Shown here: piece by piece, positions 41,397 through 51,229 of the stretch
Layout: each line of letters opens with the position of its first letter
How positions within the stretch are numbered: position 1 is the first letter of the stretch
Origin: an uncultured Chroococcidiopsis sp.
GTDB lineage: Bacteria; Cyanobacteriota; Cyanobacteriia; Cyanobacteriales; Chroococcidiopsidaceae
Length of the DNA stretch: 64,000 nt
Reading direction: 5' to 3'
Assembly: GCA_964248365.1 (NCBI GenBank)
Contig: CAXTYC010000002.1
Location: 294,547 to 358,546 of the forward strand
Translations under genes and position numbers: made by a program
Notes under the pieces: model-generated
The model's input: only the letters and a program-made list of their open reading frames with translations
Told to the model about the DNA's origin: nothing
The model's database searches: none

Positions 41397-41753
41397 GAAT
41401 TATATATAACAAATATATTTGATAAATAAGTTTAATCACCGTAGCTGTACTCTACAACTACGGGCATAAATAATAAAGTGATTCATATATCCTACCCAGG
41501 AACTTAAAAATTAGTCATTCCAACTGTCGATAGAAAAACGGGAGTAGTCATGCACAGCTAGGGAGTTATGACTAATATCTAAAGGAATAAAGCGAAACTC
41601 CTTTGAGATAGATGGAAAGATGATAAGTTCGCAATAGAAAGGAATAACAAAATTTTTAGTAGCGAAAGTGAAATATTAAAGGCAAGCAGAAACACATTTG
41701 CGGCTTTTTTCTAGACCCCAATTTTACGATCAGGTATTAGCGAGAAAACTTCA

Positions 41754-42221
41754 ATGAATGACAAGAGTGAAAGTTACAAAGTAGTTACTGATAATCGCAA
41801 AGCCCGTTTTTTGTATGATATCCTAGAAACCTATGAAGCAGGAATTCAGCTAACGGGAACAGAAGTTAAGTCAATTCGGGCGGGCAAGGTCAATCTGCAA
41901 GATGGATATGCTTTAATCCGCAATGGCGAAGCATGGCTGATTAACGTGCATATTTCACCCTACACAAGTAGCAGCCAATATTTTAACCATGATCCCCGTC
42001 GCACTCGTAAATTACTGCTACATCGGCAGGAAATTCGTAAGCTAATTGGCAAGGTAGAACAGCAAGGATTGACTCTAGTGCCTTTGAAACTTTACCTCAA
42101 GCGCGGTTTAGTCAAAGTTAGCTTAGGACTTGGCAGAGGTAAAAAGCTCCACGACAAGCGTGAAGATTTGAAGCGCCGTCAAGATCAAAGAGATATCCAA
42201 CGTGCGATGAAAAATTACTAA
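41754..42221 (+). CDS. smpB: SsrA-binding protein
   Basis: NRKARF, EAGIQLTGTEVKSIR, GKKLHDKR. Confidence 0.99.
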   Translation: MNDKSESYKVVTDNRKARFLYDILETYEAGIQLTGTEVKSIRAGKVNLQDGYALIRNGEAWLINVHISPYTSSSQYFNHDPRRTRKLLLHRQEIRKLIGKVEQQGLTLVPLKLYLKRGLVKVSLGLGRGKKLHDKREDLKRRQDQRDIQRAMKNY

Positions 42222-42409
42222 ACCCAGTTGGAGCTAACTAAAACGCAGAATTTAAACGGTGGTTGATGGGTCGAATTTTTCTATTTCTTGAGTAGTAGTT
42301 AAGAGAAATTGAGTTTTATTGCTCAAGATTGATTTTGTTTAGGTTACTAACTACTAAATTAGTAATGAATCAGAAAACAACACAAAAACAACACAAACCT
42401 TAACCAACT

Positions 42410-42730
42410 ATGAAACTTTCCAATCTATCTAAAATCGCTGGGGCTAGCATTCTTGCCTTGACTTTGGCTACTCTACCTGCTCACGCCCAAAGTACGGGGG
42501 GCGGCACGGGAGGCGGCACAGCTGGCAACACTAATGGCACTATGACAGACCACACCCAAGGCGCAGGAACTGACGCTACAACCACTAGAAATGATCGCGG
42601 CTTTGATTGGGGTTGGCTAGGATTAATCGGTTTAGCAGGTCTAGCTGGATTAGCTGGTAAAAAGCGTGAAGAACCCACTGTTTACCGCGACCCTAATGCT
42701 GTAGGAACCACTACTTCTTATAGAGAGTAA
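42410..42730 (+). CDS. WGxxGxxG-family secreted/membrane-anchored small protein
   Basis: Signal peptide ending AHA-Q, low-complexity G/T stretch, FDWGWLGLIGLAGLAG. Confidence 0.88.
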   Translation: MKLSNLSKIAGASILALTLATLPAHAQSTGGGTGGGTAGNTNGTMTDHTQGAGTDATTTRNDRGFDWGWLGLIGLAGLAGLAGKKREEPTVYRDPNAVGTTTSYRE

Positions 42731-42891
42731 TCCTAATAATTTCCAACTAAGGGAAATGGTAAAAGGGTTGCATCTATGTCGCAAGTTATAAATCTCTTCC
42801 CCTAGTTCTTTGGCGGGGCTTAGTAACTAGGGGTTAATTGCTTTTTCAGAGCAAATTTGGTTCAGCTTGGAAGCGAAAGCTAATCGCTCTT

Positions 42892-43209
42892 TTACCAGCC
42901 ATCTTCTTGAGGATTGGATTGACCCCAAATTTCTAAATCTAATTCATTTAAATAGGTTAAGGCACTGCTAATTTGAGATTTTGTGCCTCGTAGTTCCAGA
43001 TCAAACCAGCCGTCATCACGCTGCCCCGCGCTTAGTAGGGCGGCGGCTATATTGACAGTGACATGATGCACAGAAACCAGACGGGAAATTACTGGTTCGT
43101 CATGTAAATTTTTGGGAATACGAATTTTAATTCGAGTCTGGGTATGTCTATCAGCTTCTACGTAATTAAATGAATTGCGCTCAAATTCTTTTGTATTTTG
43201 AATTGCCAT
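42892..43209 (-). CDS. Stand-alone NIL-domain protein
   Basis: EPVISRLVS..VTVNI, GWFDLELRG; last gene of the sulfate operon. Confidence 0.85.
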   Translation of the reverse strand: MAIQNTKEFERNSFNYVEADRHTQTRIKIRIPKNLHDEPVISRLVSVHHVTVNIAAALLSAGQRDDGWFDLELRGTKSQISSALTYLNELDLEIWGQSNPQEDGW

Positions 43210-43221
43210 AATATTAGCCTC

Positions 43222-44103
43222 TTATTCGACATCTTTAATTCTTGTTTTGCGTTCTAGAATTTCTTTCAACACAAGCGTGACTAATGCTAAACCAGCAAGC
43301 AGAACAGCGGCTGAAAACGCTGCCCCAGTCGCATACTGCTTGTAGGCTTCCTCGACAAACAGCGGTAAGGTTTGAGTTTTGCCAGCAATATTACCAGACA
43401 CGACTGATACTGCTCCAAACTCGCCCATTACTCTGGCGTTGGTCAAAATCACACCGTAAAGTAGTCCCCAACGGATATTGGGTAAGGTGACACGCCAGAA
43501 GATTTGCCACTCACTAGCACCCAAAGTTTTAGCAGCTTCTTCTTGATCGGTTCCGGCTTCTTCTAAAACGGGAATGACTTCACGGGCGACAAAGGGTAAG
43601 GTGATAAAAGCACTTGCGAGTACCATTGCAGGCATAGCAAAAATGATTTTAATGTTTGCCGCTTCTAGAAATGGTCCAAACCAGCCATTGCGTCCGTAGA
43701 GCAGCACAATCATCAAACCAGCTACGACTGGAGATACTGCAAACGGAATGTCTAAAAGGCTAGTGAGAAAGGCTCTACCTCGAAATCGATGTCGAGCAAT
43801 TACCCAGGCTGCACACAGTCCAAATACAGTATTTAAGGGTACAACGATTAAGGCGATCGCAATCGTAAGCCATGCTGCATGAGTAAAAGCAGGTTCGGTC
43901 AAGTTGTTGAGGAAAGGACCAAACCCTGACTTAAACGCTTGTACGAAGACGTTAAGGGCAGGAATGAATAAGATTAGGGATAAATAGGCGATCGCCACCC
44001 CAATCAATACCACTTTCACCCAGGGACGCTGTTTTGCTGGTGAGGATGACTGAGAATCCGGCGAACCGGACTGTAGAGAACTTCCCGCTAATTCATAGTT
44101 CAT
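43222..44103 (-). CDS. cysW: Sulfate ABC transporter permease CysW
   Basis: [27 protein letters not shown]. Confidence 0.96.
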   Translation of the reverse strand: MNYELAGSSLQSGSPDSQSSSPAKQRPWVKVVLIGVAIAYLSLILFIPALNVFVQAFKSGFGPFLNNLTEPAFTHAAWLTIAIALIVVPLNTVFGLCAAWVIARHRFRGRAFLTSLLDIPFAVSPVVAGLMIVLLYGRNGWFGPFLEAANIKIIFAMPAMVLASAFITLPFVAREVIPVLEEAGTDQEEAAKTLGASEWQIFWRVTLPNIRWGLLYGVILTNARVMGEFGAVSVVSGNIAGKTQTLPLFVEEAYKQYATGAAFSAAVLLAGLALVTLVLKEILERKTRIKDVE

Positions 44104-44947
44104 AACGTCGCCCCCAAGCTTGTAACAAGTTAATTGCTAACAGTATTAATAGTGAAATTGCCAATAGCACAGTGCCAATTACAGTTGCTCCCGAATAGTC
44201 ATACTGCTCTAAGCGTTGGATAATCAGCACGGAGGCGATTAAATCTTTAAATGGCACGTTAGAAGCCACAATTACAATCGAACCGTACTCCCCTACAGCA
44301 CGAGCAAATCCCAAAGCCAGACCCGTCAACAAAGCTGGCATCAAAGGCGGTAAGATGACTCGCCAAAATGTCTGCCATTGCGAAGCGCCCAAAGACCAAG
44401 CTGCTTCTTCTATTTCATCCTCCATTTCCTGTAAAACTGGCTGCAATGTCCGCACTACGAAAGGCAAGGAGATAAATAGCATTGCCACAGCTACCCCAAG
44501 GCGAGTAAATGCTACCTTTATTCCCAAAGGTGCTAGTAATGAACCAATCCAGCCATTTTGACTGTATACGGTAGCTAAAGTCAAACCTGCAACCGAGGTA
44601 GGTAAAGCAAATGGCAAATCAATTGCTGCATCTACGAACCGCTTGAGTGGGAAATTGTACCGAACTAAAACCCAAGCAATCAAAAGACCAAAGACTCCAT
44701 TAATCAATGCAGCTATTCCAGATGTGACAAAGGTGACATCATAAGTAGCAAGCGCAATCGGACTGGTAGCAATTCTCCAAAAGTCAATCGGCTTTTCTGT
44801 ACTAGCCTTCAATATCAGCGCCGCCACAGGCAGCAATAGCATGATTGTAAGATACCCGAAAGTAATCCGCCAGGGCAGGGAAAACTTACTTAGCTGGTTA
44901 AATGGATTCTTGCTAACAGGAGTGTGAGGAGGAGCTGATACAGCCAT
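44093..44947 (-). CDS. cysT: Sulfate ABC transporter permease CysT
   Basis: [26 protein letters not shown]. Confidence 0.96.
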   Translation of the reverse strand: MAVSAPPHTPVSKNPFNQLSKFSLPWRITFGYLTIMLLLPVAALILKASTEKPIDFWRIATSPIALATYDVTFVTSGIAALINGVFGLLIAWVLVRYNFPLKRFVDAAIDLPFALPTSVAGLTLATVYSQNGWIGSLLAPLGIKVAFTRLGVAVAMLFISLPFVVRTLQPVLQEMEDEIEEAAWSLGASQWQTFWRVILPPLMPALLTGLALGFARAVGEYGSIVIVASNVPFKDLIASVLIIQRLEQYDYSGATVIGTVLLAISLLILLAINLLQAWGRRYEL

Positions 44948-44954
44948 AAAAAAG

Positions 44955-45099
44955 TGTGAAGGATAAAGGTTGAAGGGGCTAGGGGCTAGGGGCTAGAGGA
45001 ACCAGAGGAACCAGAGGAACCAGAGGAACCAGAGGCGCAAATGGTTGTTTTCTCCCCTTTTCCCCCTCTCCCACTCTCCCCTGCGCGACCCCAGCTCTC
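44955..45099. repeat. Modular repeat cassette including (AGAGGAACC)x4
   Basis: GGGGCTA x3 and nonamer x4 at 44995-45030, then a C-rich arm. Confidence 0.88.
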
Positions 45100-46173
45100 T
45101 TACCTGGCGCTAGCTTGAATTTTGTCAAAAATTGCGCCGTCATCGAAGAATTTCTTTTGAATTCCATCCCAGCCACCCATATCTTGGGCAGTGAATAGAG
45201 TTTTGATCGCAGGAAACTGCCCCGCCACTTCTTTTCCTACTGTGGGTTCTACGGGTCGGAAGCCATACTTAGCAAATGCTCTTTGCGATTCTGGTGTGTA
45301 GAGATACTGAACAAATGCTTCGGCAACTTTTCTAGTGTTGTGTTTATCGACGTTTTTGTCTACAACAGCGATCGGATTATCAATGGAGATGTTAACGTCA
45401 GGAACTACATAAGGCAGTTTCTCGCCTTGCTGCCCAGCTAAAATCATCTCATTTTCGTAGTTGATTAAAACGTCTCCCTGACCTTGCTTGAAAAATGCGT
45501 CACTGGCTTCACGGGCATCTCTGGGTAATACAGGGACGTTCTTAAATACTTTTGCCGTGAAATCTTGAGCTTTTGCATCGTTACCTCCTGTTTGGGTAAC
45601 AGAACCCCACAAGCCCAAAAAATTCCACCTTGCACCACCGGATGTTTTGGGGTTGGCGGTGATTACACTCACGCCATCGTTTGCCAAGTCTGCCCAATTT
45701 TTAACTGATTTGGGATTGCCTTGGCGGGTGACAAGGGCTGCTACAGATTTACTCACAATGGCATTGTTAGGAGCTTCTTTTTCCCAGCCTGGTTGAATCA
45801 AGCCTGCTTTCTCAATTTTTTTTGTGTCAAGGGCAAGTGCTAGATGTACAATGTCAGCTTCTAAGCCATCGATTACGGCACGAGTTTGAGAACCCGATCC
45901 ACCGTAGCTTTGATTGAAAGTAACGGTTTGGTTATTTTCTTTTTTCCACTGTTCGACAAATTTAGGAATGATTTCGTCGTGGGCGGCTTTGGTGACGGCA
46001 AAGGAAACGAGGTTTAACTGTACGTTCCCGCCTTGACTAGCCACTGTCGTAGTACTACTACCCGTACTTGTATTAGTATTGCCTGCACAGGCAGCGATCG
46101 CTACACTCAAGCCTAATCCCACCAAAAACAGCGACACAAATCTTTTTAGCCTAATCCGATGCCACAGCCCCAT
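45100..46173 (-). CDS. sbpA: Sulfate-binding lipoprotein
   Basis: Lipobox IAAC, QSYGGSGSQ, NPKTSGGARWN, DVLINYENE; ATG at 46173. Confidence 0.96.
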   Translation of the reverse strand: MGLWHRIRLKRFVSLFLVGLGLSVAIAACAGNTNTSTGSSTTTVASQGGNVQLNLVSFAVTKAAHDEIIPKFVEQWKKENNQTVTFNQSYGGSGSQTRAVIDGLEADIVHLALALDTKKIEKAGLIQPGWEKEAPNNAIVSKSVAALVTRQGNPKSVKNWADLANDGVSVITANPKTSGGARWNFLGLWGSVTQTGGNDAKAQDFTAKVFKNVPVLPRDAREASDAFFKQGQGDVLINYENEMILAGQQGEKLPYVVPDVNISIDNPIAVVDKNVDKHNTRKVAEAFVQYLYTPESQRAFAKYGFRPVEPTVGKEVAGQFPAIKTLFTAQDMGGWDGIQKKFFDDGAIFDKIQASAR

Positions 46174-46192
46174 GAAACGTTCTCCTTGCAAT

Positions 46193-46220
46193 CTCCGGTT
46201 AATCGGGCGGAATACCGGAG
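46193..46220. promoter_or_regulatory. Inverted repeat CTCCGGT-N14-ACCGGAG upstream of sbpA (candidate operator or RNA hairpin)
   Basis: Perfect 7-bp arms about 20 bp upstream of the ATG. Confidence 0.4.
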
Positions 46221-46308
46221 TTATTAGTCATGAAAATAGATTATACAGGGCGGTGGGTAAAAATGCAAATGAACTTCTCGCAGCCCAAATATTCTATTTC
46301 CCAAACTC

Positions 46309-46409
46309 ATACCAATTTTCCTAGATGATGCGACAAATAAGATCCCCCAACCCCTTATAAAGGGGGCTAGGGGGATCGTAAAAAGTGCAAGTTTATCGAG
46401 AAACGGTAT
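46309..46409. mobile_element. ~100-bp miniature element nested in a palindrome
   Basis: Ends ATACCAATTTTC ... GAGAAACGGTAT; internal CCCCTTATAAAGGGG hairpin; flanks rejoin to TTCCCAAACTC-CAGCCTGGGAA. Confidence 0.55.
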
Positions 46410-46446
46410 CAGCCTGGGAACTAGGTTTAGAGCTTAGGAACGAGGA

Positions 46447-46752
46447 TTAATCTTGCTCGTCAAACAGTGTATCTAAATCGCGGTAGCCACTAACTACCCG
46501 CACAACTTCAATACCATCTTCAATCAGGCGGTAGAAAATCAGGTAGCCATCGACTGGGAAGCTCCTTAGCGAAGGTAAAATACCATCACGACTGCGCCCC
46601 ATGTTGGGAAAATTAGCTAAATTTCTACACCTTTGATTAATTTTTTCTAGAAAGCGCTCTGCTACATCAAAATCCCTGCTATCAGCGATGTAGTCGATAA
46701 TGCTTTCAATATCTCGACTAGCTATAGAAGTAAACCTGCAAACATTACTCAT
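46447..46752 (-). CDS. parE: RelE/ParE-family toxin
   Basis: A..DI..I.DYIA, LANFPNMGR, YLIFYR, VVRVVSGYRDL. Confidence 0.92.
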   Translation of the reverse strand: MSNVCRFTSIASRDIESIIDYIADSRDFDVAERFLEKINQRCRNLANFPNMGRSRDGILPSLRSFPVDGYLIFYRLIEDGIEVVRVVSGYRDLDTLFDEQD

Positions 46753-47018
46753 TTCCCAGACTGCTGGCGACGGCGTTGTAACTTCTCGCGCAGTTCGCGG
46801 AAAACGGTTTCACCATCAATAAGCTCACCCCGATCAGCAGCTTCAATACCGATCATGATTTCCTTTCTCAATTCCTCAAACCGTCCCTTGTAGATGCGTT
46901 CTCGTTCCTCTAACAGCTTGATACCTGCTGCAATTACCTCGTCAACTGAGGTAAACTTACCGCTTTCTAGCTGGCTTTGGATGAACTGCTCAAGCTCTGG
47001 AGTTAACGACACATTCAT
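46749..47018 (-). CDS. parD: ParD-family (RHH) antitoxin
   Basis: MNVSLTPELEQFIQSQLESGKF.S..EVI; 4-bp overlap with the toxin gene. Confidence 0.92.
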   Translation of the reverse strand: MNVSLTPELEQFIQSQLESGKFTSVDEVIAAGIKLLEERERIYKGRFEELRKEIMIGIEAADRGELIDGETVFRELREKLQRRRQQSGK

Positions 47019-47221
47019 GGGTGTTTACCGTCTATGCTGATTTTAATTTTACTAGATGTAACTCATGCCAGGTTTTCTAGTTCCAAGCTTCAGGTTTGGA
47101 ATTAGAACATAAGACTGCGCTTACATTAAATGCAAATTACTAGCTAGTTTTCTCAATACTGTTTACTTGAGCAAGTAGTAGATTTCCATTTGCATTCTTA
47201 AATAAGAGTTGGTTAAAAACC

Positions 47222-47794
47222 TTATTTACAGCCTTTTATTTTCTTGAGTGACTGACGAACTTTTTCTGAAAAATCAGCAGGCTCCTTCCATAGCGAAGGA
47301 TATTTTATAGGCTTTAAATGACTAAATTCTCCAATATACCAGTTAAATAATTCAAAAGCTTTATATTTCAATATTTCAGTAATTTCAGGATGATGGTCAG
47401 TTAATCCTGCAAGTGGAGCAGGGATTAGGACTAGATTAGCAATACAAGTATGATATCTCTCGTTATAGCAATATTTTGGATAAACATGACAAGCAGAATA
47501 ATTTTTTATTTCCTTTATTCCTATTCCTGTAGCTGCCTTAATTGCTCTGTTTGGGTAACAGTTGTCATCGAGGAGAACACCATGAATTTTTTCTCCTCTT
47601 TTTTCTCCATTGTTAAATCTTCGTATATTTAAATACTAAACTCCAAAGTCATTTTTCTTTTTGAAAGAATCAAAAACTTTAGGATTAGCCCAAACAGTAG
47701 TAAGTGCTATAAGCTTTGCTAAGTCAATATTTAGCTCTTCCAAAGCCTTCTCTAGTTCCTTGTTACCATCCATTGTATAATTATTTGAACTCAT
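47222..47794 (-). pseudogene. 191-codon AT-rich frame with one internal TAG; HNH-like motif
   Basis: Frame continuous from ATG 47794 to TAA 47222 except TAG at 47636-47638 (codon 53); contains ACHVY...HTCIANLVLIPAPLAGLTDH. Confidence 0.75.
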
Positions 47795-47822
47795 TTTTAT
47801 TTAAAATTAACTTAAATAAGTA

Positions 47823-47842
47823 AGGTGGGCAATGCCCACCCT
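47823..47842. repeat. REP-like palindrome GGTGGGCAATGCCCACC
   Basis: Second copy near 53674-53695; partial copy near 47889. Confidence 0.75.
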
Positions 47843-47910
47843 ACATTAATTTATTCCCAGGTAGAAGCAGAAAAGGAGAAATAAGTCAGGTGGGCAATGG
47901 TAACAAACAT

Positions 47911-49302
47911 TTAAAATTCGGCACTCAATGGAGTTCTGGGAAATGGAATTACATCGCGGATATTTCCCATTCCTGTCATAAACTGTACCAAGCGCTCAAA
48001 TCCTAAGCCAAAGCCAGCATGAGGTACAGTACCATAGCGCCGCAAATCTAGATACCACCACAAATCTTCAGGATTTAAGCCTTGCGCTTTCATGCGTCTT
48101 TCTAGTACTTCTAGGCGTTCTTCCCGCTGGGAACCACCAATTATTTCGCCAATTTTAGGAGCGATAACATCCATTGCCCGAACAGTCTTTTCGTCATCGT
48201 TGAGGCGCATATAAAAGGCTTTGATTTCGGCTGGATAATCTGTAACGATCGCAGGCTTTTTAAACAACTCTTCTGCCAGGTAGCGTTCGTGTTCTGATTG
48301 TAAATCTAAGCCCCATTTGACAGGATATTCAAAGGTTTTATCGGCTTTTTCTAATAGAGCGATCGCCTCGCTATAAGTTACCCGTTCAAAAGAATTATTG
48401 ATGATATTTTCAGCCGTTGCCAATACAGAATTATCAATTCGTTGGTTGAAAAACTCCATATCTTCTGGGCAAGTTTCCAACACATACTTGAAAATATACT
48501 TTAGAAACGCTTCTGCTAGATCCATATCTCCTTCGAGATCGCAGAAAGCCATTTCTGGTTCTATCATCCAAAATTCTGCCAAATGGCGAGAAGTGTTAGA
48601 ATTTTCTGCTCTAAAAGTGGGACCAAAAGTGTAGACGTTGCTGAATGCCATTGCCATGACTTCAGCTTCAAGTTGTCCACTAACTGTTAAGTGTGCTTGT
48701 CCACCAAAAAAGTCTTTACTATAATCTACTTTCTCATCTTTGGTATGAGGTACATTTTTAAGATCCAAACTTGTTACAGTGAACAATTCCCCAGCACCTT
48801 CACAGTCGTTTTGGGTAATAATGGGAGTATGTACCCACAAAAAGTTTCTTTCTTGAAAGAACTGGTGAATAGCCGTAGCACAAGCATTGCGTACTCGAAA
48901 AACTGCACCGAATGAATTGGTACGCGATCGCAAATGTCCAATTGTCCGCAAAAATTCAAAAGAGTGGCGTTTCTTTTGCAGTGGGTAAGTTTCGGGATCA
49001 GCTTCTCCGAAAACTTTCACCGTATCAGCTTGCAATTCAATTCTTTGCCCTTTACCCTGTGAAGGCACTAATACCCCAGTTACTTCTACCGAAGCACCAG
49101 TATTCAGTTGCTTTAGGAGTGTTTCATATTCTGGCATTTCTGCCTTCATCACCACTTGCAAGTTAGCAAGCGATGAACCATCATTTACCTCAATAAAGGC
49201 AAATCCTTTCAAATCACGTTTCGTTCGTACCCAGCCTTGAATCATCACTGACTGATCCGGCTGACCATTAGGTAATAAATCTAATATACGTTGCTTTTCC
49301 AT
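47911..49302 (-). CDS. asnS: Asparagine--tRNA ligase
   Basis: [46 protein letters not shown] at 49302. Confidence 0.98.
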   Translation of the reverse strand: MEKQRILDLLPNGQPDQSVMIQGWVRTKRDLKGFAFIEVNDGSSLANLQVVMKAEMPEYETLLKQLNTGASVEVTGVLVPSQGKGQRIELQADTVKVFGEADPETYPLQKKRHSFEFLRTIGHLRSRTNSFGAVFRVRNACATAIHQFFQERNFLWVHTPIITQNDCEGAGELFTVTSLDLKNVPHTKDEKVDYSKDFFGGQAHLTVSGQLEAEVMAMAFSNVYTFGPTFRAENSNTSRHLAEFWMIEPEMAFCDLEGDMDLAEAFLKYIFKYVLETCPEDMEFFNQRIDNSVLATAENIINNSFERVTYSEAIALLEKADKTFEYPVKWGLDLQSEHERYLAEELFKKPAIVTDYPAEIKAFYMRLNDDEKTVRAMDVIAPKIGEIIGGSQREERLEVLERRMKAQGLNPEDLWWYLDLRRYGTVPHAGFGLGFERLVQFMTGMGNIRDVIPFPRTPLSAEF

Positions 49303-49384
49303 AACTAATTGGTAGTTGGTAATTGGTAAATTTCCCCCTCTCCCTCTCTCCCACTCTCCCCTGATTCCCCCTCTTCGGGTTCCA

Positions 49385-49759
49385 CTAGCCACGAGCCACT
49401 AACCACCTCAATATCCAGCCTACAACAATCCCCAGTCCTCCAAAGCGAACGGCTTGCCAGAAAGGTTCTTTCAAACTTCCCCAAGTGAATAACTGGCTTT
49501 CTAAGTTTAGTTCTATGGCTTCTAGCTGTTCTTGGATTTGTTTTAACTCTGCCTTTAACCCAGGTGAGCGATTTCTAGATAGTTCTGTTTTTACCTGTTT
49601 TAAGCGTTTCTGGAGTTCTGCTTGTCGCTGCTGATCTTGTCTTACTTGGGCGTAGCGTTCTTTTAGGGCAATAAGCGATCGCTCGGTGTCCAAAAGCGAT
49701 CGCATCAATTCATCTTCTGATTGTAAATCGGATTTGGATGGCTCTTGAGGCGACTGCAT
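49385..49759 (-). CDS. Conserved cyanobacterial coiled-coil protein with C-terminal TM
   Basis: [25 protein letters not shown]. Confidence 0.8.
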   Translation of the reverse strand: MQSPQEPSKSDLQSEDELMRSLLDTERSLIALKERYAQVRQDQQRQAELQKRLKQVKTELSRNRSPGLKAELKQIQEQLEAIELNLESQLFTWGSLKEPFWQAVRFGGLGIVVGWILRWLVARG

Positions 49760-49791
49760 TTATGCTTGTTAGAGTAGTAATAAAAACTAAT

Positions 49792-50088
49792 ATGCCTGAC
49801 TCTATGATCCAGCCTACCCAGTTTGACACAAAATCTAATCTAACCAACCTCAGCAGCTTGGAATTAGCCCAAGCACTGATGGAAAGACTCAGTATCTCAC
49901 CCAACGACTGGCATAAGTTAAAATCTAACCGCAAAGTTCGTGCAGGGGAGCAAGCTGCTGCTGCTATTGTTTTTCTCCTCAAGGATCAGCCAGAAGAAGC
50001 CCTTCAAAGACTCCAACAGGCTAGTGGCTGGTTAGATCGTTCTATTTCTGCACCACCTTGCCCCACTCACGGGAATAAGAGGGGTTAG
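49792..50088 (+). CDS. Conserved cyanobacterial hypothetical protein (DUF6439-like)
   Basis: ELAQAL.ERL.I...DWH.LK.NR and C-terminal APPCPTHG; ATG at 49792. Confidence 0.75.
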   Translation: MPDSMIQPTQFDTKSNLTNLSSLELAQALMERLSISPNDWHKLKSNRKVRAGEQAAAAIVFLLKDQPEEALQRLQQASGWLDRSISAPPCPTHGNKRG

Positions 50089-50231
50089 GGGCTAGAGGCT
50101 AGGGGCTAGGGAAGGACAAGGAGACAAGGGGACAAGGAGACAAGGGGAGAATTGTTAATTCCTACTTTATCCTTTTTGCCTTTTCCCTTTTCCCTTCAAC
50201 CTTTATCCTTTATACTTCACACTTCATACTT
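50085..50231. repeat. Modular repeat cassette
   Basis: GGGGCTA and GGACAAGG/GAGACAAG arm; CCCTTTT and CTTCATA/CTTCACA arm. Confidence 0.85.
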
Positions 50232-50684
50232 CTAGTTAAGTAGGGGGAGGCGGAAGCGGTGATTTATTTGTTTGCCTAGCTTGAGTTCTGTACCTTCTGA
50301 ATTCCAGTGTACGTGGTCGAAAATTTTGTACAAAATGCACATACCACGACCGCTTTCTGCTTCTTCCATTGGCAAATAATCATTTGGATCAGTGTGGCAT
50401 TCACATGATGAATGATTAAAGCCGTGTCCCTGGTCTGAAATTATCCACCAGTAGTGGTCATCTGCCCAGGAGAAGCGCACTATAACAATTTTACTTGGAT
50501 CTAACTTGTTCCCATGCTTAGCAGCATTTACTAATGCCTCTTGCAGACCCAGTCGCAGTTCTGGCTGCCATTTATACGGCACTTCTGCTAAAAGTAAATC
50601 TAAAATGGGACAAAGATATAGAGTAGAGGCAAAGCTAATTGTACCCCAATTACGTCCAACCGGACGTGGTGAGATAGTAATCAC
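50232..50684 (-). CDS. pmgA: Anti-sigma-factor-like ATPase PmgA
   Basis: ISFASTLYLCPILDLLL, LGLQEALVNAAKHGN, DQG.GF, SGRG; GTG at 50684. Confidence 0.85.
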   Translation of the reverse strand: MITISPRPVGRNWGTISFASTLYLCPILDLLLAEVPYKWQPELRLGLQEALVNAAKHGNKLDPSKIVIVRFSWADDHYWWIISDQGHGFNHSSCECHTDPNDYLPMEEAESGRGMCILYKIFDHVHWNSEGTELKLGKQINHRFRLPLLN

Positions 50685-51229
50685 TACAAAAGACCCCGTA
50701 GCTTTCACCTATAAAGACGTGCATTTGTTCAGGATGAGCCTAAAATCTAACAGATCTTAGCCAAATATTATGTGTTATTTGAGCTTGCATCTGTCAGCAA
50801 TTTGTGCATTAGGAGTTATGCTACTGCGATGCAACTGAATAGTTATAGCCAAAACCTTTCGCAGTCATCCCATTCGGGCAATCAGCTAATTGAACCGATC
50901 TAATAATCTTCAAGAGCATAGAGCCTCTAGGGTATCTGCCAACCTGTAACATAAACAGTCAAATTAGATTATTTGACTGAATTTATTCATTTGAATTTTA
51001 TTTATCTAGCTAGAAATTGACAGCTGCCTCTTAAACAATATTAGCATCTCCTGCCCATTCCTACCCTAATTCCATATATTTATAGTATTTATACTTATAT
51101 AATTGATAATTGGTAATTGGTAGTTGGTAGTTGGGGAAAGGGAAAAGGGAAAAGGGAAAAGGGAAAAGGTGAAAGGGTAATTCATAATTGCTCCCCCATC
51201 TCCCCCAGATCTCTTCTAGTCTCTAGCCT

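Noticed and set aside
47450..47632. 60-aa plus-strand hydrophobic ORF
   Set aside because: Antisense to the longer one-stop gene at 47222-47794.
49303..49392. N-terminal extension of AsnS (similar extensions for ThiL, MurB and the GldA-like ATPase)
   Set aside because: It is translated repeat sequence upstream of a better start codon.
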